32,000 bases of DNA, from assembly GCF_000007185.1 (NCBI RefSeq), contig NC_003551.1:360001-392000 (forward strand), read 5' to 3'. The notes beneath the pieces are model-generated. The model was not told the origin of the DNA, did no database searches, and saw nothing but the letters and a program-made list of their open reading frames with translations. The translations under genes were made by a program, and so were the position numbers. Of this stretch, positions 17,707 to 23,260 are shown in pieces. Numbering within the stretch: the first letter of the stretch is position 1; each line of letters begins with the position of its first letter. This stretch comes from Methanopyrus kandleri AV19. Lineage in GTDB: Archaea > JAADCQ01 > Methanopyri > Methanopyrales > Methanopyraceae.

Positions 17707-18210
17707 TTGAACGTCGATGACGCCATCGTCGAGGCGCTAGAGGAGGCTGGAATCACCTTCGCCTGCTGGCTACCCTGTTCCCTCTTGGACGGGATCATCA
17801 GGCGATTGGAAGAACACCCAGAGATCCGAACGGTCAGGGTGTCCAGGGAGGAAGAAGGCGTAGGGATCTGCGCGGGAGCTGCCCTCGCGGGCGAGAAACC
17901 CGCACTGATAATGCAGAACTCGGGTCTCGGTAACTCCGTCAACGCTCTCTGCTCACTCACCTTAACCTACCGACTCCCACTGCTGATGTTGATGAGTCAC
18001 CGTGGCTACCTGTTCGAAGACATCCCGGCACAGGTGGGGATGGGGAAAGCGGCGCCTAAGATCTTGGAAAACCTCAATCTACACGCGTTCACGATCGAGC
18101 GGCCGGAAGAGCTGGACGTGATACCGGGTGCCTGGAAGCTCGCCGAGACTGCGGGCGAACCCGTCGGTGTATTCTTAAGTCCGAGACTGTGGCGTCAGAC
18201 GGGCCGATAG
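17707..18210 (+). CDS. comD: sulfopyruvate decarboxylase subunit alpha (TPP pyrimidine-binding half)
   Basis: 167 aa. VSREEEGVGICAGAALAGEKPALIMQNSGLGNSVNAL (catalytic Glu region of the TPP_enzyme_N domain). TTG start 3 nt after the comA stop. Confidence 0.85.
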   Translation: MNVDDAIVEALEEAGITFACWLPCSLLDGIIRRLEEHPEIRTVRVSREEEGVGICAGAALAGEKPALIMQNSGLGNSVNALCSLTLTYRLPLLMLMSHRGYLFEDIPAQVGMGKAAPKILENLNLHAFTIERPEELDVIPGAWKLAETAGEPVGVFLSPRLWRQTGR

Positions 18211-19169
18211 AAGACGTGGAAGCAGTCCCAACTCTTCTCTACGATCACGTCATGCAGCTCTTCGAACGACGGCTCGTACAGTTCCACATCGAGTCCGCGC
18301 CACCGGACCACTTCGCCGACGAGCGGCCGGTACCCTCCCTCTCGGTCGTGGAGCGATGCATGTGGATATCCGAAAGCTGCGGCGATCTCGAGACCGTAGT
18401 CCAGAAGCGTTTCAATGAGGTCGAGAGTAGCATCGAGCCCCAGCAGATGTATGTGATGTTCGATGAACAACTTCGGTGGATCATCCGATTCCAGTAGCTC
18501 AACCATACCCCGAATTACCTCCAACTCAGCTCCTTCAACATCCATTCGTACATAAGTGGGCCTCTCGCCGAGTTTTTCAGACAACTCGTCGAGTGTTATC
18601 GACTCAACCTCTATGTAATCACCATCCTCGGCGTTAACGATACGATGCCAATTAGATCTATTTTCCAGAATCATGCGAATCCTACCACACTTATCAGATA
18701 CTGCATACTCGAAAGCTTTAACCCTATCTTCCAAATTATTAAGAGCTATATTCTCCCTAAGTAATTCCAAGTTTTCCCTCACGGGTTCGATAGCATACAC
18801 TCGAGATCGCTCAGAAGCTAACGCTGTAAGAATAGCGTAATAGCCAATATTTGCTCCAACATCAAAAGCTATTTCTTCATCATTAAGAAATTTACCAACA
18901 AGATATTTGGACGCTTTCGGTTCACGAATATTGCGAAGCCGAAGTTCTCGTGATACACCAGCATCATTTGTATGAACACGAAGATGAAAAGAAACATCTT
19001 CTACCTGTACGCGCACGATGTCACAATTAGATTTCAATTTGTCCATTATAGCGTCCACTGTTTCAGTGAGTAGCACACATCCCGCGTACAATAGTCTAGA
19101 CCCAAGTCGACGCGGTCGATCCCCCATTCCAGGATAGAGACCGAGAGCAGTCTGGAAACGCTTTCGCAA
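18195..19169 (-). CDS. FkbM-family SAM-dependent methyltransferase
   Basis: SAM motif I AFDVGANIGYYAI, then VYAIEP, and a late MDVEGAELEV motif typical of FkbM enzymes. Alternative start at ATG 19046 (MDKLKSN...), where the AT-rich codon usage begins. Confidence 0.75.
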   Translation of the reverse strand: MRKRFQTALGLYPGMGDRPRRLGSRLLYAGCVLLTETVDAIMDKLKSNCDIVRVQVEDVSFHLRVHTNDAGVSRELRLRNIREPKASKYLVGKFLNDEEIAFDVGANIGYYAILTALASERSRVYAIEPVRENLELLRENIALNNLEDRVKAFEYAVSDKCGRIRMILENRSNWHRIVNAEDGDYIEVESITLDELSEKLGERPTYVRMDVEGAELEVIRGMVELLESDDPPKLFIEHHIHLLGLDATLDLIETLLDYGLEIAAAFGYPHASLHDREGGYRPLVGEVVRWRGLDVELYEPSFEELHDVIVEKSWDCFHVFYRPV

Positions 19170-19181
19170 GTGAAAGTTCCC

Positions 19182-19682
19182 CTAGAGAACTAGTTCTGAA
19201 AACACATAGTAATTCAAGTCATAGTCGTTATCTACTATAGCTACTACCAGTTCGAACTCCGTACCTTCAACTAGTTTTAACCATTCCAAAATATCCTGAG
19301 CCGTAAATTCATCCAATTCCTCCTGCAGTACTTTGACGGCTATCCTTTCGTCTTCACCGCGGAACGCCCGAAATTCAGTCCCGAATTTGCGGCCTGGTTT
19401 GGGCTTCCATCCACGTCGTCTGAGATCAGCGTATACTGCGTAGCGCACGGGGAATCTCGGATCCTCCTCCACGAACCTATCCATCAGCTCCTCCGGACTA
19501 ATCCGTACGTTTCCACTACGGACTTCAAGCCTACCGATCTCACATAAGAATAGCGCTTCTTCAGGCCACAATTGCAGACCGCGACGTGACGGTTTCCCGT
19601 ACATGGAGGAGTACAGTCTGTTCGCATCTCGGTCATTCCGAACGAGCACCTTCGATCCGACTAACTCGCCTTTCGCCGCCAT
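19182..19682 (-). CDS. endA: tRNA-splicing endonuclease family protein, probably a non-catalytic (structural, beta-like) subunit
   Basis: 166 aa from ATG 19682 (GGGTGGA RBS 5 nt upstream). Collinear with M. jannaschii EndA (VYADLRRRGW...GRKFGTEFR..., AIVDNDYDLNYY), but the catalytic Tyr, His and Lys positions read F107, D/E/R111-113 and F143. Confidence 0.8.
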   Translation of the reverse strand: MAAKGELVGSKVLVRNDRDANRLYSSMYGKPSRRGLQLWPEEALFLCEIGRLEVRSGNVRISPEELMDRFVEEDPRFPVRYAVYADLRRRGWKPKPGRKFGTEFRAFRGEDERIAVKVLQEELDEFTAQDILEWLKLVEGTEFELVVAIVDNDYDLNYYVFSELVL

Positions 19683-19872
19683 TGTCTTCCACCCGCACGG
19701 TAACACCGTCAACTTCGATTTCGTCTCCAGGGGACACCAGCCACCAAGGCTTCCTGACGAGCTTACCGTTCACACGCACACGTCCCGACTCCACCAGCCG
19801 TTTGGCCTCACGCCGGCTTTCGGCGAGACCGACGTCCCTAAGGAACGCGTCCAACCTGCGTCCTACCGTCAC
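19633..19872 (-). CDS. small S4-domain RNA-binding protein
   Basis: 79 aa. RLDAFLRDVGLAESRREAKRLVESGRVRVNGKLVRKPWWLVSPGDEIEV is a complete S4 alpha-L motif. GTGA overlap with the upstream stop. The 3' 50 nt overlap the endA-like start in another frame. Confidence 0.65.
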   Translation of the reverse strand: MTVGRRLDAFLRDVGLAESRREAKRLVESGRVRVNGKLVRKPWWLVSPGDEIEVDGVTVRVEDNGGERRVSRIEGARSE

Positions 19873-20348
19873 TCGAGCTCTTCCTCCCGTAACCTCGGCT
19901 TCTTCACCTCGTAAATCGGCTTCCCGTCGATCGTCTCGGGTGCCAGCCAGTCGATCACCTTCTCGACGTCCTCGGGTCGCTCGGGGAAAACTTCCACCAC
20001 TATGGGGCCCAGCGGGGATTCTCCTCCTTCGGCGAAGCTCACGCTCCCAGCGAACGCCGCCTGCTTGTTCAGGTGGAACAGGATCGATCCTTCAGCGGTG
20101 ACTCCTTCCCGCAGTACCCTCCGGGCCGCGTCTAGAATCTCTTGCTCCCTGAGCAGCTCGTAGATGCGACCCAGACTCAGGCGTGCCTGCGGACCTTCAC
20201 ACACGAACTCCAGTCTCCTCAAGTCACCCATTTCCTCCTCGCGTTCCTCGAACATCTCCAGATCGAACAGATTCCCTACGGCTTTTCGGACTTTCTCCTC
20301 GTCTTCAGTCGGGTACACGTAGGTGGTCAAAACCACCCGGGAGATCAT
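19869..20348 (-). CDS. UPF0201/DUF54-type predicted RNA-binding protein
   Basis: Start at ATG 20348 (GGGGTGAT RBS 4 nt upstream). N-terminal VVLTTYVYPTEDEEKVRKAVGNLF signature, the same TEDE.KV motif as the 11817-12278 protein. Confidence 0.6.
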   Translation of the reverse strand: MISRVVLTTYVYPTEDEEKVRKAVGNLFDLEMFEEREEEMGDLRRLEFVCEGPQARLSLGRIYELLREQEILDAARRVLREGVTAEGSILFHLNKQAAFAGSVSFAEGGESPLGPIVVEVFPERPEDVEKVIDWLAPETIDGKPIYEVKKPRLREEELE

Positions 20349-20895
20349 CCGGATCACCCCTCAGGATTGCCCTTATTACCATTCGGCACTTCTCCCGGAA
20401 CTCCGGCAGACTAACGCGCTCGTTCACGATCATCACGTCGGCTCGGGAAATCACATCACCGATCCCGAACCCCAACTCTCGTTCGTCCCGCTCTTCGAAC
20501 TCCCGCTTGGTGTCCGGATCGTCCTCACGACCCCTTATCCGTAGCCTCTCGAACCTAGTCTGAGGGGACGCATGGATAGCCACGACTATTACCGACCGCT
20601 CGCCGAACCTATCCCGGAAGTACTCGAGTTCCTCCGGGTTCCTGATCCCGTCGATTACCACCACTCCCGCCCGTCTCAGTTCGCGTTCGACGTCTTCCTC
20701 TACTAACCGAGCCACCGCGTCCATTCCTCGCTCCTCACGGAGTCGCTTCGCCATCTCTCCTACGTCCATCCCCCGACGCTCGGCTTCGCGACGGACCGCG
20801 TCACCCATCACCACGACGGGAATACCCTCCTCGCGGGCGACCTTGACGAACTCACCTTTACCAGCCCCCGGCATTCCGACCACGCAGATGAGCAT
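20305..20895 (-). CDS. UPF0200-type P-loop nucleotide/nucleoside kinase-like protein
   Basis: 196 aa. Walker A VVGMPGAGKGEF. DGIRNPEELEYFR and FERLRIRGREDDP segments resemble archaeal UPF0200/adenylate-kinase-like proteins. GGGGGTGA RBS 7 nt upstream of the ATG. Confidence 0.7.
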   Translation of the reverse strand: MLICVVGMPGAGKGEFVKVAREEGIPVVVMGDAVRREAERRGMDVGEMAKRLREERGMDAVARLVEEDVERELRRAGVVVIDGIRNPEELEYFRDRFGERSVIVVAIHASPQTRFERLRIRGREDDPDTKREFEERDERELGFGIGDVISRADVMIVNERVSLPEFREKCRMVIRAILRGDPDDLPGGFDHLRVPD

Positions 20896-20942
20896 CCGGT
20901 GCTCACCCCCTGAACGTTCTCCGAAACAGAACGATCCGTACA

Positions 20943-20953
20943 GATATTTTAAG
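20943..20953 (-). promoter_or_regulatory. candidate TATA box (minus strand CTTAAAATATC) for the UPF0200-DUF54-S4-endA-FkbM operon
   Basis: Only AT-rich block in the 53-bp spacer. About 53 nt upstream of ATG 20895, leaving room for a roughly 27-nt leader that carries the GGGGGTGAGC RBS. Overlaps the DUF763 stop codon. Confidence 0.35.
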
Positions 20954-22022
20954 ACTCGGTCACACGGCCCAAGAAGCGGCGGAGCCGAGGAGACCTTATC
21001 CGCTCCAGCAGCTCGGCCGCGAGTCTCATGAGCTCTCGATGCACCGGGTAAGGATCCCCGGACTTGCAGCCGAAAGCCGCGGTGTACTCGGCGGGATCAC
21101 GACGGTCGGGCCCTTCTCCGTACACTACTTCGGCGATCAACGCCAGGGCACGGACTAGACTCGGTCCGACGCCGCGCACTGTCAGGAACTCCTTGAAATC
21201 TGTCGGATTAACCTCGTACAGGCGCCGCAGAGCGTCTCGATCGAGACGCCTTGGCACCCATCCGTCGGGTACTTCGACACCGCCCTCTCTGCCCAGGTAT
21301 TCGTCGAGCGGTCCTGAGATGCTGTTCCTGACCGCCCTCCACTCTCGCAACACGCGGTCCGGACCGTCCCCAACCAGATCGAGTACAGCCTCCCGACACT
21401 TATCGGCTCGATCCCCTTGAAGCGACAGGACTTTCCTCGTCTCATCCGCCACCACCGGATGTCCCTCCACGAACTCCGAGACTTCGCTGTCGAGCCAGTG
21501 GTAACGTCGCGCGGTCTTCCGATCGACGTCCATCCCCTGCTGGATCACCACCCACCGACCGTTTTCATCGAACACGATAACGTGGTGGTAGAGGTCGTGA
21601 CCATCTTGGAGGCATACGGAATCCGACCGTGCCGTTAGACGGCTGGCCGTCACCAACTGTCGGGGATCCAAATTCATCCGATCTGCGAGCTCCCGCACGC
21701 GCTTCGGGGTCTCAAGGGCCAGTCGTCCCTTCCCACCCGCGACGGCGATCCCGTGTTCTTCGGGATCCAACGCCTCACGGAGTGCCGCCGTGACGACTGT
21801 AGTACTACCGGATGTGTTCCGCTCGTACCCTAGCAGACACGCCAGGGATTGGAACCATCTCGGATCCGCGAGCTTCTCCAGAGCCCCGTCGGTACCGTGC
21901 TCCTCCACCAGAAGTCGAAATAACGCCCTGGATAGTTTCACCATCTCGGGAAAATGACGGGGTGGAGGACACTTCACAAGACGGAGCTCCGCCGCGCGGG
22001 GCACCGCCGCCGGTTCCCCCAA
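20949..22022 (-). CDS. DUF763-family protein
   Basis: 357 aa. N-terminal LRLVKCPPPRHFPEMVKLSRAL...LADPRWFQSLACLLGYERNTSGSTT resembles the DUF763 pattern (LPLHGGKAPRWL..RM..L...LSDP.WFQ...C.LG.DWHSSG.TT) as I recall it. TTG start. Confidence 0.6.
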   Translation of the reverse strand: MGEPAAVPRAAELRLVKCPPPRHFPEMVKLSRALFRLLVEEHGTDGALEKLADPRWFQSLACLLGYERNTSGSTTVVTAALREALDPEEHGIAVAGGKGRLALETPKRVRELADRMNLDPRQLVTASRLTARSDSVCLQDGHDLYHHVIVFDENGRWVVIQQGMDVDRKTARRYHWLDSEVSEFVEGHPVVADETRKVLSLQGDRADKCREAVLDLVGDGPDRVLREWRAVRNSISGPLDEYLGREGGVEVPDGWVPRRLDRDALRRLYEVNPTDFKEFLTVRGVGPSLVRALALIAEVVYGEGPDRRDPAEYTAAFGCKSGDPYPVHRELMRLAAELLERIRSPRLRRFLGRVTES

Positions 22023-22045
22023 ACGTTATGAATTTCGTAACGGTT
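22021..22045. repeat. AT-rich quasi-palindromic element, copy A (AAACGTTATGAATTTCGTAACGGTT), 8 nt beyond the 3' end of tRNA-Met
   Basis: Arms AAACGTTA and TAACGGTT (7/8 complementary) around a 9-nt AT-rich centre. Shares AAACGTTATG + AATTT + TAAC with copy B. Confidence 0.6.
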
Positions 22046-22052
22046 CCTGGCT

Positions 22053-22165
22053 TGGTGCCGGGGCCGGGATTTGAACCCGGGACCTCGGGGTATCCCAGGC
22101 CGGTCACCCCTCGGGGTCATCGGGCCCTATGAGCCCCGCGCTCTACCAGGCTAAGCTGCCCCGGC
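22053..22165 (-). tRNA. tRNA-Met (anticodon CAT), elongator type, with a 36-nt intron, encoded CCA and C at position 8
   Basis: Hand-folded cloverleaf: GCCGGGG-CA-GCTT-AGCCTGGTA-GAGC-G-CGGGG-CTCATA[intron]A-CCCCG-AGGTC-CCGGG-TTCAAAT-CCCGG-CCCCGGC-A-CCA. The GCCGGGG acceptor and G1:C72 argue against an initiator. Confidence 0.9.
22092..22127 (-). other. tRNA intron at canonical position 37/38 with a bulge-helix-bulge motif
   Basis: Intron is GGGCCCGATGACCCCGAGGGGTGACCGGCCTGGGAT. The central 4-bp helix pairs CTCA (nt 32-35) with TGGG (intron nt 31-34). It is flanked by 3-nt bulges TA|G and AT|A that carry both splice sites. The outer helix is GGCC/GGCC. Confidence 0.8.
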
Positions 22166-22192
22166 TACGCCCGCGGGGAACTCCCCTCTCGA

Positions 22193-22202
22193 ATTAAAAA
22201 AG
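22193..22202. promoter_or_regulatory. AT-rich box (ATTAAAAAAG), candidate shared TATA element for the divergent tRNA-Met and THUMP-SPOUT genes
   Basis: Only AT-rich stretch in the 56-bp divergent spacer. Its centre is about 32 nt from the mature tRNA 5' end (22165) and about 25 nt from ATG 22222. No RBS precedes that ATG, which suggests a leaderless mRNA. Confidence 0.35.
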
Positions 22203-22221
22203 TTACGTGGGGTAGCCCCCT

Positions 22222-23223
22222 ATGGAGCTGCTCCTAACGCTCGCCCCGGACGTTCGACCGGAGGAGACCGAGAGAATGGCGCGGAAGATACAGGACAAGC
22301 TCAAACTACCCGCGGAGCCCGATCCCCTGAAACCGGTTCGCAGGCTTAGGATCGAGGGTGTAGAAGACCCCGACGGAATCGTCAGTAAGCTGAGAGAAGA
22401 GTTCCCGGAGGTCTCTCGAGTCGTGATCGTGAAGCGCCGAGGTCGGTCTCACGATCTCGATAGGATCGCCGCGCAGGCTGCCAAGCTCGCGAGAGGTGAG
22501 ATACTGCCGCACCATACCTTCGCCGTCGACGCCCGGAGGCTCGACAAGGATCTTCCCTACACGTCCCGCGATCTGGCCATCAAGGTCGGCGAAGCGGTGC
22601 GACGGGTTACGGGTGCGTCCGTAGACCTCGACAGTCCGGACCGGTACGTGGACGTCCACGTGTCTCGACACGGGCACCTAATCGGGATCACCCCAGCAAC
22701 ACTGAGGGAGCCACACCGGAGTTGGCTTCCATCCGGCGCCTTTAAGCACGTTCACGTATGCTGTGAGCGACCGGAGACGGAGTACGAGATCGCCGACTTA
22801 ATCCGGATAACCGCGGCACTGGGACTGGGAAGCCTGATACTGGTAGAACCGAACCGGGACGCCGTTCGAGGGGCCGAGGAAAAGGTGGGGGCTTCTTCGC
22901 TTATCGACCTTCGAATCGAAGAGGATCTGAAAGAAGCCTTAGCAGAGTTCGACGTCGTAGTCGGCTTACATCCGACAGCGCCGAACGCTGAGAGTGAACT
23001 CCTACGAGCGGTGGAAGGAGCGAACCAGATCTGCCTCCTAACGGGATCGGAAACTAAGGGACTCAGTCGAGAGGCGAAGGAGCTCGCGGACGTGCTCGTA
23101 CACCTCGGACCGACGACGGCCGAGCCTATGCGGACCGCCAACGCGGTAGCGTACGCTGTAGGTGTGCTGGCCGCCAGGACGGTTAGCCTAGGGTCAGCCA
23201 CCGCTCCCACTCTTCATCGGTGA
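22222..23223 (+). CDS. THUMP-domain / SPOUT (SpoU-TrmH type) methyltransferase fusion protein; predicted tRNA methyltransferase
   Basis: The first ~170 aa show a ferredoxin-like plus THUMP pattern (HHTFAVDARRLDKDLPYTSRDLAIKVGEAVRRVTGASVDLDSPDRYVDVHVSRHGHLIGI). The last ~150 aa carry three SpoU motifs (EIADLIRITAALGLGSLILV; ICLLTGSETKGLS; VLVHLGPTTAEPMRTANAVAYAVGVLA). Confidence 0.7.
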   Translation: MELLLTLAPDVRPEETERMARKIQDKLKLPAEPDPLKPVRRLRIEGVEDPDGIVSKLREEFPEVSRVVIVKRRGRSHDLDRIAAQAAKLARGEILPHHTFAVDARRLDKDLPYTSRDLAIKVGEAVRRVTGASVDLDSPDRYVDVHVSRHGHLIGITPATLREPHRSWLPSGAFKHVHVCCERPETEYEIADLIRITAALGLGSLILVEPNRDAVRGAEEKVGASSLIDLRIEEDLKEALAEFDVVVGLHPTAPNAESELLRAVEGANQICLLTGSETKGLSREAKELADVLVHLGPTTAEPMRTANAVAYAVGVLAARTVSLGSATAPTLHR

Positions 23224-23260
23224 CACCTCGTAGACCCGGTTGACACATCATCCCCGACCC

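Noticed and set aside
22092-22127. GAUGA ... UGA pair inside the tRNA-Met intron (CGAUGA-CCCC-GA-GGGG-UGA), reminiscent of a C/D-type kink-turn for L7Ae
   Set aside because: When I tried to thread it onto the k-turn consensus (C stem, 3-nt bulge, tandem G.A pairs), the C-stem side gave C.C mismatches and an extra 2-nt bulge. The intron (36 nt) is too short for a guide RNA. The BHB fold explains the outer helices.
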